A stretch of 64,000 nt of DNA from NCBI RefSeq assembly GCF_006345805.1, contig NW_021834487.1, forward strand, positions 62,001 through 126,000, written 5' to 3'. The notes beneath the pieces were generated by a model. That model was not told the DNA's origin. It saw only the letters and a list, made by a program, of their open reading frames with translations, and did no database searches. The translations under genes were made by a program, and so were the position numbers. The stretch comes from Octopus sinensis (Eukaryota). Positions 37,249 to 50,646 of this stretch are shown piece by piece. Within the stretch, counting starts at the first letter, position 1. Each line of letters opens with the position of its first letter.

Positions 37249-38265
37249 TCTTTATATATATAAAACTGAGAATGTCTGTCTGTCTGTGTGTTTCCCTAAA
37301 AACTTGAGACTACACATGCCTTACATAAATTTTACACATGCCTTACTTAGGGCCCATGTAGTTTCATGGGCAAAAAAAGATGTTCAACTTCTTGCCTAGA
37401 TCGAGCCCATAGCAATATCATATCTTCTCCACTATTTCAATATTACGTGTTAAAAGTGAAACAAAAACATTTCTCTATTTTATGTCAGATACTTTCACTT
37501 TAACAATAAAAATAATAATAACAATTGAATTATATGTAGTAAGTAATAATTAAAATCAAACTAAAGTATAATATAATCGTAACATAAACAAAGTAAAAAT
37601 AGCAATTGGTATAAAATTACATCAATGACTTGAACTTGAATAAGTGGTTTCACATGAATGGGAATAAATCAAAAATAAAATTAGCGTGCAGAAATGGAAT
37701 AGTCCAGATGGATAATAAAAAATTAAATTAAAGAAAAGACTATTGTCTATAAAGTATACAATGTAGAGAAAAACGAAGATTTGAACACGTGGAGGAAAGC
37801 ACCTTCGAAAAGTGTCTTGGTACGACTATGAAAGTTATCTAATCAGAGGTGGGAAATTCGCCACAATAGAAGCAAGGTTCGAGTAGAAGCAAGGGAGTAC
37901 TTGACTCGAACTTGCAAAGTGGAAATATTTTATTTTTACCTTTATATCTGGGACGTAGGACGTCCCGGAAAAAAATTTTTAAATGCCCCCATCCCCGAAG
38001 TAGAGGTAGGCTGGATTGTAGCCACACTTCTATACAAGAGGGAGGACAAGATACAATTGATCGAAATTACAAGAGACGGGCTAACAATTCCAGTCTGTTA
38101 TATATTTTGAGTATTGTTATCACTAGCGATATCAAGATATAACTTTGTATTTTGTATTTTATGTGTAGATGTATATATAAAGATGTACATGTAATATGTA
38201 CACATATATATACACATATATACATGCACTAGCACTACGACCCGGCAACGACGGGCCTTTAATGC

Positions 38266-38268
<3 letters not shown>
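37249..38268 (+). mobile_element. Non-autonomous Helitron-like element (~1.0 kb)
   Basis: 5' TC-TTTATATATATAAAACTGAGAATGTCTGTCTGTCTG; 3' GC-rich hairpin CCCGGCAACGACGGG followed ~10 nt later by CTAG then T. Confidence 0.75.
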
Positions 38269-38311
<43 letters not shown>

Positions 38312-38324
38312 ATGTATATGTAGT

Positions 38325-38465
38325 TTAAATTTATAGCAAAACAAAAAACGAAGACAGGTGTATTAGCAACATGTAAGTGTATTAATTTGATGCTCGGGAA
38401 AAATGAAAAAGTCATTTATGTTTCGGGCCTACGCTCTTCAACAGAAAGGAATACGAGAAAATGAA
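38325..38465 (-). mobile_element. C1 short element with a variant hammerhead motif
   Basis: Minus strand CCTTT-CTGTTGA-A-GAG-CGTAGG-CCC-GAAA-C-ATA at 38449-38417. Confidence 0.65.
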
Positions 38466-38619
38466 CGGAGACACACACTCACGAGTGTGTGTGTGTATTT
38501 GTGTATGTACCTATCTATGTATCTCTCTCTGTCTCTCTATTTATATATGTCTGTGTGTATGTGTGTGCGTGTGTGAGAATGTTTGTGTGTCTTCTAATAT
38601 ATATGTATATATATATATA

Positions 38620-38793
38620 GGCGCAGGAGTGGCTGTGTGGTAAGTAGCTTGTTAACCAACCACATGGTTCCGGGTTCATTCCTACTGCCTGGCACCTTGG
38701 GCAAAGTGTCTTCTACTATAGCCCCGGGCCGACCAATGCCTTGTGAGTGGATTTGGTAGACGGAAACTGAAAGAAGCCTGTCGTATATATGTG

Positions 38794-38826
<33 letters not shown>

Positions 38827-39050
38827 ATGTGTTTGTGTGTCTGTCTTTGTCCCCCTAGCATTGCTTGACAACCGATGCTGGTGTGTTTACGTCCCCGTCA
38901 CTTAGCGGTTCGGCAAAAAGAGACCGATAGAATAAGTACTGGGCTTACAAAGAATAAGTCCCGGGGTCGATTTGCTCGACTAAAGGCGGTGCTCCAGCAT
39001 GGCCGCAGTCAAATGACTGAAACAAGTAAAAGAGTAAAAGAGTAAAAGAG
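38620..39050 (+). mobile_element. SINE A, full length, close to the apparent consensus
   Basis: Complete head, short microsatellite, tail ending in three AAAAGAG(T) units. Confidence 0.95.
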
Positions 39051-39081
<31 letters not shown>

Positions 39082-39279
39082 TAGAAGATACTTGACGAAG
39101 GCTCCACGCGTTGTGAATGAATCTGGAACCTTATGGCTGGGGAGTAAGTTTCTTATCACACGGCCGATGTTCGCCTACGATTCGATATCACCTTGTGAGC
39201 TCAAAGGGTTAGATGAGTTACAGTTACGTGTTTACTGAAAGTCGAACAAGAGTTATACAAGAATCCTTGAATTGTATAA

Positions 39280-39490
39280 ATCTTCATTGAGAAGATTTCT
39301 CGACCAAAGCTATTCTTAGACAATACTTCTGGCTACACTTCAAATCTTGATGGATATCAGACGTTGAAGCTGAAAGTAAACGTTCTTTTTACATGTCTTC
39401 AGACATATCCGTTTTGCAGCCGATGGCCTAGAGATTAACGGAAACTTTTAAAGCATACTGTCTGCAGGAATCATTTCATACAATGGTCTG
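39280..39490 (+). mobile_element. Decayed pogo/Tigger (DDE_1) transposase fragment
   Basis: Frameshifted KAIL/LDNTSG...VLQPMA*RLTETFKAYCLQESF, resembling the LDN and LQP(M)D...FKAYY motifs. Confidence 0.55.
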
Positions 39491-39784
39491 TATTAGAGAG
39501 AGAGATTGATACGGGTGTAAAATATTTCTACATGTCATTTGACATTTTAAATGATGTTCGTGCGGAAATGCCTCAATGGTTAAAGAGTTGCTTTGGAAAA
39601 AAATAAGGGTATCGGGTTCACTCGCGGGGCGTGGACCTTTGTGCTCCAGGATTAGCAATGGATTGACCAATATGTTGTAGGTGGAATTTTGATAGGCAGA
39701 AGCTGTCATGGACATACATATTTGTGTTTATGTTTAATTTTATGCGTAAACTGTTTTTGTTGTTTACGCAGTCGCGAAAAGGAA

Positions 39785-40103
39785 GTCAAAGTCGACCTCG
39801 GCGGAATTTGAACTCAGAACGTAAAGACAGACGAAATACCGCTAACATTTCTCCCGGCGTGCTAACGTTTCTTATTTCTTTATTGCCCACAAAGGGCTAA
39901 ACATAGAGGGGACAAACAAGGACAGACAAACGGATTAAGTCGATTACATCGACCCCAGTACGTAACAGGTAGTTATTTTCATCGACTTCGAAAGGATGAA
40001 AAGCTAAGTTGACCTCGGCGGAATTTGAACTCAGAACATAGGGGCAGACGAAATACCTCTAACATTTCGCCCGGCACGCTAACATTTCTGCCAGCTCGCC
40101 GCC
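39785..40103 (-). mobile_element. SINE B dimer (full copy plus a partial second copy)
   Basis: Minus-strand junction AAAGAAATA|AGAAACGTTAGC is identical to the one in the 20600 array. Confidence 0.88.
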
Positions 40104-40642
40104 TTACAACTTTGCTACATTGCAATGGTTATAAAGACTTCTTGCTAGGAACAGGATCATAAAAGTTCTGGGCGGCTATTTATTTCATCAGCCTCTGAAA
40201 GTAGACGGGCAACGGAGGAGAACAGGGTGCGATTCGAAGACAGAAGGTAAAAGAGCGTAAGTTCGCGCCCGCAGACTGAATTAATTGAATCGCCATCCAT
40301 TGCCGTTATAGTATCTATGCTTAACATACAAAGTAGAGAGACAGTGAGAGCAATCCAATCGATACTACTACTTGACTGATACTTGAGCAGCCGTCCTCAA
40401 TTAATTATTGTGTGTCCAGCATATCTTTCTAGACAATACTAACGATTTTGTGATGTAAATGTTATATTTTATGGGTGTCGCAAGTAACTTACTAAAGCCG
40501 ACGACAGATTGCGTAGATTTTATTATTTTCTATTAATTCTGATTTATATATAAACAATTTATAAATTTTAAGAGTTTAGCATATTATGACAGTCGATTTA
40601 AATATTTATAGATCGATGCATTATTTTTTTATATTTGTGTGT

Positions 40643-40706
<64 letters not shown>

Positions 40707-40867
40707 TAATAATAATAATAATAATTATATATGTTTCTTTTCAAAATATAAATTTTTTTTTTAATATTCCGTTGTTCCTGCGTTGAATATATTTCGGATG
40801 GTCGTTTCGTGTCTCGAAAATTTTATAGTTTAGTCAATATACTTTCCAGAGATAGATTTTCGGTGAG

Positions 40868-41370
40868 TGTTCTTCTTTATCGTGAGCTCAACTCCGGGAA
40901 GCGACCAAAAAATAAGCCCTGAAGGAACATCTGAAGAAGCTAGATATGAACAAAAGTGATTGGGAAACTGATGCTTTGGACCGGAATAAGTGGAGAGGTG
41001 CTGTTAGGACTGTTTGCAACTGATGAGAGGAAAAGATTATTCAGTGCTCTGAGCTCAAAAGGGCCTGTCGGAAAAGAAGAATTGGAACCGAAATCAACAG
41101 TGAATACTGGAAATGTATTATGTTCGATCAAAGGCAGGATACCTGAATTGTATGAAGTCACATGAAAATCGAAATGCCTAGGTAGGTAATAATTTTGAAT
41201 CACCAACTGCTTCTATAAGACAATATCTGAATTTAAAAGACATATGTTCGTTCGCAAAAACATTCCTTCTGAATCAGATTCCAAAGGGTAAAGATGTAGA
41301 AGGAACTTGAATTTTAGACTCTGTCAGCAACAAGCTGGTTTTAAAAGTCGTCCGAGGGCTCATTAACGGA
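40868..41370 (+). mobile_element. Decayed RTE-clade LINE C-terminus
   Basis: LLYRELNSGKRP / LKEHLKKLDMNKSDWETDALDRNKWRGAVR...ELKRACRK, then relics of zinc-finger-like segments (AGFKSRPRAH). Confidence 0.75.
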
Positions 41371-41486
41371 GGGATCGTAGTGTGTGATGGTAGGGGGTTG
41401 TATGTGTGTGTGTATTGACGGGACGGCTATCATCTGTCAAAATGAAGCAATCATCATATATACATACATATATATACACACACACA

Positions 41487-42292
41487 GCCTTTGGAATTTC
41501 ATCCTCGCTGTACGTGACCGAGTATTATCCTGGTGGAATAACACCTTTCGTCTTGAAACCAAAGATGGTCGTTTTCTTCTAGCGCTGAGTAAAGCCGTTT
41601 AAGTTGCTCGCTGCAGATCTGTGTTATCGTTGGGTTTGGGTTTAAATGTTCAAAATGGTCTAAACCTTTCATATCTCACCAAACAGATAACATCACACGT
41701 GGGTGATGACCTTCTTTACCCTGGGGTGCCGGTATTTCTCCTCTCCCTAGCCACTGTCTTCGGCGCTTGACATTTTTATAGAGAAAGCATTTCTCGTTAC
41801 TAATCACAATTCGATCCAAAAAAGGTGCATTCGTGAGACGTGACAACAAAAAAGAGTACACATTCACTCTACGTGTGATTAGACTCGGAAAGTTTGTGAG
41901 GAGTCCATTGACCCAATTTGCTGACATTTCTGATGGCACACAGGTGTTGACGAATGGTTGAACGACCAAATCCAAGCTTTTCCGCTAGTTCTTCAACAGT
42001 TACGATGGAATTTTGTTCCACCAGGTTTTGCAGGATCTTCTCGTCGAGCTCTACAGATCTTCCAGAACGGGGCTTGTCTTCTACGCTGAATATGCTCCTT
42101 TGTCACTTCTATTATAGCTTTGTAAAAATAACTGTTAAAATCGAACTGCACTCTTCAAAATTTGCACTAAGAATAAGTACAAGGTAAAATTACTACATGA
42201 CTTTATAGCAAGTTGGTGCAGGTAGTTTATCCCGTCCCCCTCCCGCTTTTAGTTCTTGCAATTGAGAAAACAGCATTATTTATGATGACCCA

Positions 42293-42293
<1 letters not shown>
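41487..42293 (-). mobile_element. Mariner transposon relic (5' TIR, internal deletion, 3'-truncated)
   Basis: TIR TTGGGTCATCATAAATAATGCTG; EDKPRSGR...KLGQWTPHKL (WVPHEL), FLDRIVISNEKCFLY, HPRVMLSVW, VLFHQDNTRS. Confidence 0.9.
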
Positions 42294-43070
<777 letters not shown>

Positions 43071-43884
43071 CAGCTGTCAATGTCTATTGGTATTTCGGGT
43101 CTTAATCCACCAGTGGAATTGGGGTAATTGATTGATACGATCATATTTGTAGGAAAAGCGTGGATAGAAAACTCAAGAGGATTACATTTCTAGAAGCATA
43201 TTCTCTTCTGTCGCCCACTTCGTACTCAATGACCTTCAATTAGAGGATATGTTAATCACTGTCCCGTCGTTACTGGCTTGTGATACAAGGGCCTGCTGAT
43301 CCTTTTACGTATGCAATGGCGGCAGTCGTTTCTCCGTCATCATTCCTTAAAGCGTGACCACTAAGTAAATCCATGTGGGATTTTCAATCTTTCCATCTTG
43401 TTTTAAGGGGCCTGTGATACGCTACAATCAGCTGATTAAATCGACGCCAGCATTTGACTTACAATTTATAATAGAATTAACATTAAACTAAGTTATAGAT
43501 GAAAAACTTAGTATCAAACAAGTCATCTAAATTAACCGAGGCTAGCTAAATAGAAATGCATGACCGCGTTGCATATTTAGTCATGCAATATGTATACTGA
43601 AACGATTATGTACGAGACAGAAGTCATTTCCACTAAATTGAGTCTGCTCTATTTTATTGACTAAGGAAGAATGAAAAGTAGTGCTGATTTTGGCAAAATA
43701 TGAAGTCAGACATAAAACCAGAATTCAATACCACGTATCATTTCATCCGGCGCTCTAAAAGCTATGCGAATGGTTCACATATTCAGTAGGACGGACAGAG
43801 ATAATTGCTTCATGCAGGCAGTTTGAATTGAAATTCAACAGAGACGGAGTAATAGAAATATAACTATTGGTCCTGGCGAATCTC

Positions 43885-44306
43885 TCTCTTTACTCTTTTA
43901 CTCTTTTACTTGTTTCAGTCAGTTGACTGCGGCCATGCTGGAGCACCGCCTTTAGTCGAGCAACTCGACCCCGGGACTTATTCTTTGTAAGCCCAGTACT
44001 TATTCTATCGGTCTCTTTTGCCGAACCGCTAAGTGACGGGGACATAAACACACCAGCATCGGTTGTCAAGCAATGCGAGGGACAAACACAGACACACAAA
44101 CATACACGCACACATATATATATATATATATACATATATACGACGGGCTTCTTTTCAGTTTCCGTCTACCAAATCCACTCACAAGGCTTTGGTCGGCCCG
44201 AGGCTATAGTAGAAGACGACTTGCCCAAGATGCCACGTAGTGGGACTGAACCCGGAACCATGTGGTTGGTAGGCAAGCTACTTACCACACAGCCACTCCT
44301 GCGCCT
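43885..44306 (-). mobile_element. SINE A, full length
   Basis: Close reverse complement of the 38620 copy. Confidence 0.95.
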
Positions 44307-44369
44307 CTTTGGAATGGGTACAGAATTAACTTATTTTTTAATGTTGGAGTAAAAGCTGTTGCACTAGTA

Positions 44370-44624
44370 TAGGCAAAGTCATGGCTGTGTGGTAAGTAAC
44401 TTGCTTCCAAACCACATGGTTCCATATTCAGTCCCATTGCGTAGCACCTTCCGCAAGTGTCTTCTATTATAGCTTTGGGCTGACTTAAGCCCTGTACGTG
44501 GATTTGGTAAAACGGAAATTGAAAGAAGCCCGTCGTATATGTGTATGTGGCTGTGTGGATGTGTGTACGGGTACGTATGTGTGTACGTGTGCGTGTGCAT
44601 GTGTGTGTGTCTGTGTGTGTGTGT

Positions 44625-44697
<73 letters not shown>

Positions 44698-44900
44698 GGT
44701 GTGTGTGTGCCTTTGTGTCGGTTTCTGTCCACCACAACGCATGACAACCAGTTTTGGTGTGTTTACGTCCCTATAACTAAGAAATTCGGCAAAAGAGACG
44801 GATAGAATAAGTACCAGGCTTAACAAAAAAAAGGGAGTGGATTCGATTCATTGTTCAAGGTTGTACCCCAGCATGGCCGCAGTCTAATGGCTGACAGATA
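44370..44900 (+). mobile_element. SINE A, diverged, head-to-head with the previous copy
   Basis: ATGGCTGTGTGGTAAGTAACTTGC head, long TG/CG microsatellite, CCCAGCATGGCCGCAGTC tail. Confidence 0.85.
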
Positions 44901-44967
44901 GTACAAACAGACACATAAATATGACAGTGCTAGCACACACACCTACGCACACGCACACACACAGAGG

Positions 44968-45028
44968 AAACATGGCGCCTTTGAGCCAGCAGCGTTGGCA
45001 ATTGCTTCATAGCCAATCAATCGATTGG
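44968..45028. promoter_or_regulatory. Possible promoter-like motif cluster (YY1-like site plus inverted CCAAT pair)
   Basis: AAACATGGCGCC at 44968-44979; CCAATC-AATC-GATTGG at 45013-45028. Motif match only. Confidence 0.25.
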
Positions 45029-45835
45029 TGTTCGCTTTGATTTGGTTAAAAAATGTATGTATGGTTGGCTGGACGATGATGTCTATATACATATATGCCT
45101 GTGTATGCAGACATCTGTATGTATATATATATATGTGTGCACGTATGTTGAAAATTCTGAATGGTTGATGAAATACAAAAAAGAATATATTGTTTTAGAG
45201 AACAATTCTCCAAAAGCCGTTGTTTACCTAAACTAGGTTCACCTGTAAACATGTGATTGTATTACGCCATTGAATTGCTTTCTCACTCTTACTTCCTGCC
45301 TTCCACTTCGCATTAAGCTTTCTCTTACTTCTTCCACAGACTCTCCCTTTATTCATACTACTCTCTGCTGTCTCATGTTCTCGTTATTGTTATTAATCTC
45401 ATCTTCCCTCTGACCTCTACTCTCTGCTTTCATTATTCATTCGTCTTCATCCGCAAACAGACAATAATTGAGCGGCAATGCATAAACACTCATGTATGCG
45501 TAACATATACATATACATCTATACTCACATGCACTCACATAAATGTACACGGACACACACACACACCACACACACACACACACACATACACATACACACG
45601 CATAAAACCTGCCTACAGGTAGTTATACAGACATACATAAATACATATTTATGTTTACATATATGTACGCATATATGTACACACACTCGCTCATACGAGC
45701 ACGCACGCACATCCACATACATGCACACATACAAACATATACAGAGATACAATTATAGATAAATACACATTAATACATAAGTAAATATGAGAGTGATAGT
45801 AACTATCAAATATCGAATACCAGGCGTACAGGCAA

Positions 45836-45894
<59 letters not shown>

Positions 45895-45924
45895 GCATGT
45901 ATGTATGTATGTATGTATGTATGT

Positions 45925-46128
45925 ATATGAAGAAAAAATAGTCAAGATAGAAAATGCTGAAATAATTTTATAAAATACATTCAGTACCGGTTTCAGTCAT
46001 TGAGACTTTTTCAACTGTAAGTATGGAAAACAATTAAATTTTGGAAAAATTAAAAATAAAAAGCTTTTTTAAAAAACTATTTGCAGGGTGTTCAAATACA
46101 TGTGGCATTTTCTTTGTTACTGCCTGTT

Positions 46129-46167
<39 letters not shown>

Positions 46168-46509
46168 CTCTCTCTCTTCTCTCTCTCTCTCTCTCTCTCT
46201 CTCAAATAGAAGTGGCATTTTACTTGTTTCTGCCTGTTTAATCTCTTTTGTTTATTCTTGTGGGTTAGATCTGGAAACCACAAGAGTAAACAAGAGAGAG
46301 AGAGAAACAGGCAAAAACAAGGAAAATGCCACTTGTATTTGAACACTATACAAATATTCTTTTGAAAAAAACAACTTTTCTTTTAATTTTTCCAAAATTT
46401 AATTGTTTTCCATACTTACATTTGCAAAAATCTCAATCACTGAAACCGGTACTGAAATGTATTTTATAAAATTATTTTAGCATTTTCTATCTTGACTTTT
46501 TCCTTATAT
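45925..46509. mobile_element. ~585 bp foldback element with hammerhead-like motifs near both ends
   Basis: Arms are reverse complements around a 14 nt loop (46264-46277); the left arm carries a (CT)n tract and an internal duplication. Confidence 0.9.
45980..46020 (-). ncRNA. Minimal hammerhead motif, U3:A8 core variant
   Basis: CAG-TTGAAAA-AGTC/TCAAT/GACT-GAAA-C-CG-GT-A-CTG; palindromic ACCGGT helix III; helix I only 3-4 bp. Confidence 0.55.
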
Positions 46510-46650
46510 ATCAACTCGTGTGTTCCTTTTCAACCTTCTACATATTGTATATATATATATATATCAACAATTGAGGGTAAAATTAATTAATCAATTTCAC
46601 CAAGTGTTCAGTATGTAAAAGGACCATTTAAGGCGAATTCAAAATATTAC

Positions 46651-46741
46651 ATTATATAATTAGGGCTTAGTAAAATAAATTACTCTACTAAGTTCAGTAT
46701 GTGGCAAAGTAATTTATTTTACTAAGCCCTAATTATATAAT
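46651..46741. repeat. Perfect 34 bp inverted repeat with a 23 nt loop
   Basis: ATTATATAATTAGGGCTTAGTAAAATAAATTACT and its exact reverse complement at 46708-46741. Confidence 0.95.
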
Positions 46742-47413
46742 ATATATATATATATATACACACAGTGGTAATACGTGAATACCTGTATCGCTCAAAAACA
46801 AAAGTCAAAAATACTTCATTGCCACGGAAAAGTCACAAAATTAAAACAAGCATGATAGGAAAGAATTTCAGTGAGCAATATAATCGTCTTATCTCTGCTA
46901 AGTCAGCAAAGTAATGCTGGTTAGTTTGATAGCATAATTTCGAATTTAGCGCCAAACCTGCCAGCCAACGTATATATGCATACGTTTATACATATATATA
47001 TTTCATACATAATTACAGGCAGATAAATAAATTCAAACACGCTTCAAAAGAAATACCCATACATACAGACACAATAAACAGTGATATATTACCAGTAACA
47101 TACATACATACATTCTCAGATCAACATTTGCACACATGCAGCCTTATACTCACATATATACACCCATAGGCGTATGTATTTCTGTATGAAAGCATAGATA
47201 TGCGGAGAATAAAAATATAACATTAATGGTTTCTCCGTCGCTTTCGGCGATATGTGATCCAGGTGCATCATTAATTAGGCTAATGATAATTTCTCAATCT
47301 AAACATAATCTTCTTGTGAAATAATGAGTGATGGAGTTTTTGAGGTATCCAGGCCGTTGAGTTACAGGTAGAATCCATTCGACTGGCTTACAGTATTCGT
47401 CTATCCAGCCGCA

Positions 47414-47742
47414 TAGTGAGGGCGCGTGGCTTAGTGGTTAGGGCATTCGGTTCATGATCGTAAGGTTGTGAGTTCGATTCCCGGCGACGCGTTGTGTCCT
47501 TGAGCAAGACACTTTATTTCACGTTGCTCCAGTCCACTCAGCTGGCAAAAATGAGTTGTACTTGTATTTCAAAGGGTCAGCCTTGTCACTCTCTGTGTCA
47601 CGCTGATTATCCCCCAGAACTACGTTAAGGGTACACGTGTCTGTGGAATGCTCAGCCATTTGCACGTTAATTTAACGAGCAAGCTGTTCCGTTGATCGTA
47701 TCAGCTGGGACCCTCGTCGTCGTAACCGGCGGAGTCTTTAAG
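47414..47742 (+). mobile_element. SINE E, full length, with an 11 bp TSD
   Basis: A box TGGCTTAGTGG, B box GTTCGATTCC, central GTGTCCTTGAGCAAGACACTT block; ATCCAGCCGCA at 47403-47413 and 47743-47753. Confidence 0.92.
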
Positions 47743-50600
47743 ATCCAGCCGCAAAAAAAGACCTGCGTTGGTTCGATACTCTGGTGAAAATTACATGTGC
47801 AAGATGCTATGCAGTAACATCGAACCTAGGATCTTATGATTACGAAGCGAACATCTTAATCATGTAGCCATACCTGCACTCTGTAAAAGGAAAGCATATA
47901 TACATCATGCATGTATATACAGTCATGCATACAGATATACTCATACACAAATACATGCATACATATATATATAAACACTGCTCCTATTCTCAAGGCTCAG
48001 CATGTGTAAAATAGGGATTAAATAATTTAATCGTGGCTAACTACACCTGTAGAAATACTAGCATGTGTCCCCTTAAACTATTATGCAATGATGTGTATAA
48101 AATAAAATTAAACAACGTTCATTCAAATATATTTCGCCTTTTATTCCAAACCGTGCATAGTGAGTCATGGTCAAGATCGCTTGGAAGGTCCATGATTTTT
48201 TACGAGAATTCAAACCTGTAATAGCAACAAAGATCGGAGGGCACACTCATACAGTTAGTTTAAGAGGAGGTAAAAAGAATATATTGGACAACTGACAGAG
48301 TATATCACAGAATCCATTCCTCTCGTTGCAGTACAACTGCCAAATGTAATGGTGAGGACGTACGAACGGTCGAATTTGTGAAGTACCAATAGAAATACAT
48401 CAGCAGAATTACAAACCAAGTTTATGTTGAGTGAAAAGTCCACTTTTGTATTTATGGAATGTATTTAAATCGCTTAGTCTTTCTGGTGCATTTACTATTC
48501 TCTATTTCATGGTGTAAAGCCTTCACACGAAAAGCTGCCTTACCACAAGCCTAGTGAGCACACTTTCTCTAGAACACGAAGTGTGATAAGTGCAGGAGAA
48601 CAAGAATATGCGACAAAGCTGAATGTACGACATTTAGAGGTACAATGTATTCTTTTCTCAGACATTTTCATGTACAATGTCTTGTCTGGATGTATAATGC
48701 ATTATCGTAGCGAACAAGAACTGTTTGTGTGGCATTAACCCGGTCACATCCGAAAATCTTACTTAGCCAGGATTAAATTCAGCTCCTCTACCTGGAAATG
48801 CTAATCATCACAAAACAGGTGCAACATTATATAAGGACTTCTCTACCTTCAAAGGCCCTGATGATGCAGCGTTCTAAATAGTACACCTCAAAATGCGTCT
48901 CGTCGATAAAGATAACCAGAAAACATGGATTTGGAGAAAAAAGTATCAATCAGCGTTTGTTCACAGTTTATATATAAAATATCAGCGTGATCTATTTTCA
49001 CCGTACGTCAGTTGATATTCTAGGATCGCAGGGCAGTTGGAAATAGAAGCTGTTTTAACATGACTTGCACGGGAAAATTGGGACAGAAATGTCGGAACTC
49101 ACAATGGACGTGGTTTTACTTATGATTGAAGGAAAGTTCTATTTGATCGATGGAACCAAAGTAGTAGCAGCCACATCCTGATTTATAAATTGTTGAATTG
49201 GCAAAATAAGCAAGTACTCAGGAGGAACTGGTGCACTTCGATGAAAATGGAATTTGGTGCTGCCATCCATGAATCCCGAATACTAGTTAGTTCTTGAAAA
49301 ATGATCAACTTATTAAAAGAGGAACCAGGTAAAATATCCTGCTTTAATGCATATGAAGGAATAGTATGTGTTGTTTCATCATCGTATTGTGTCACTATCT
49401 GCCATACCAGAAAAAGTTACCCTTACCACAGCAATCTTTGGGATAGCATACACACAGCAGAGCAAAGGGCGCACGCTATATTCCAAAAGCAAGGTACTTT
49501 TACACGTAATTTATGATTCAATGACTTGCTTCAACATCAAGTCTAATGGTTAATTTGATGCGGCAAACTGATCTAAGGTTAACTCATTGAATTGTCACGC
49601 ATCACAAGCACAATTTCCAACGCATTTATCATGGCCTTGCAAAAACAACAGAAGCAGTCTGCACTTATTCGGAGAATAAAAGTACCCCTGTTTGCTCTAT
49701 AGATCTCCTTATTTTTAATCTCTATTTTTTGTTTAAAAAAAATAACTTCTTTCGAAATCTTCAAAGCCTAAACGGTTCTACCATATTGGGATTTGTGCCT
49801 TGCTCCCTAAGATGATGCCATCTTGATTAACTTTTTAACGAATATTTGTATAAATAAAAAATTTAAATAACAAAGAGCAATTTTTTTATTGTTATGTTTC
49901 GGGACGGTCATTTTTTTTAGCTAAACAAAGACAAGCACTAAATATTAGTTCTTCTCTTCTGGTTTATTACTTTAGTGTCCTTTGTTGAAATCTTTTGTCA
50001 CATATCTTGTAACCTCTTCAGCAACTTTCATTCCCACTTGTCTCCTCCTGTTCGATCTCATTTTTTTTTCGCTCTAGGGTAAATGAACGGAAAACGCAGA
50101 TGTTCTAAAACATTTATGGGTATAAATACTTTTTTAAAAAAATCTGTTCGAAAGAACATTGCGGTAAAAATCCGAATTTTCGTAGCATTATCTCTATTTC
50201 CAACATGTTCAACCATTTCAACGCAACGCAGCAATTACCGCCGCCACTAGCAACAACAACAAAAATGATATTACTACTATTACAGATATTGTTACTACTA
50301 CTACTACTACAACTACTACTACTACAACTACTACTACTACTACCACCGATGCTGCTACAACAGTAGCTGCAAGAGCGGCAGCAACAACAAAAATATCAAC
50401 AACAACAACAATAATAATGATAATGAATTAACTGGTAAGATTTTCAATGTAAATTGATATCAGACATTATAAGCACCAATTTGAAACAGAAAAGAGAAAC
50501 AAGCCCACTAGGACAGTTGCCATAATGGTTTGTACGTATGCAGAGGGGGGGGGCGTGAGAGAGAGAGAGAGTAAGAAAATAAGACGGTGTGTGTATCTGT

Positions 50601-50646
<46 letters not shown>

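Noticed and set aside
47414-47490. SINE heads (also 2443, 24132, 53403) as tRNA genes
   Set aside because: They have A and B boxes but no complete cloverleaf, and they continue into SINE bodies.
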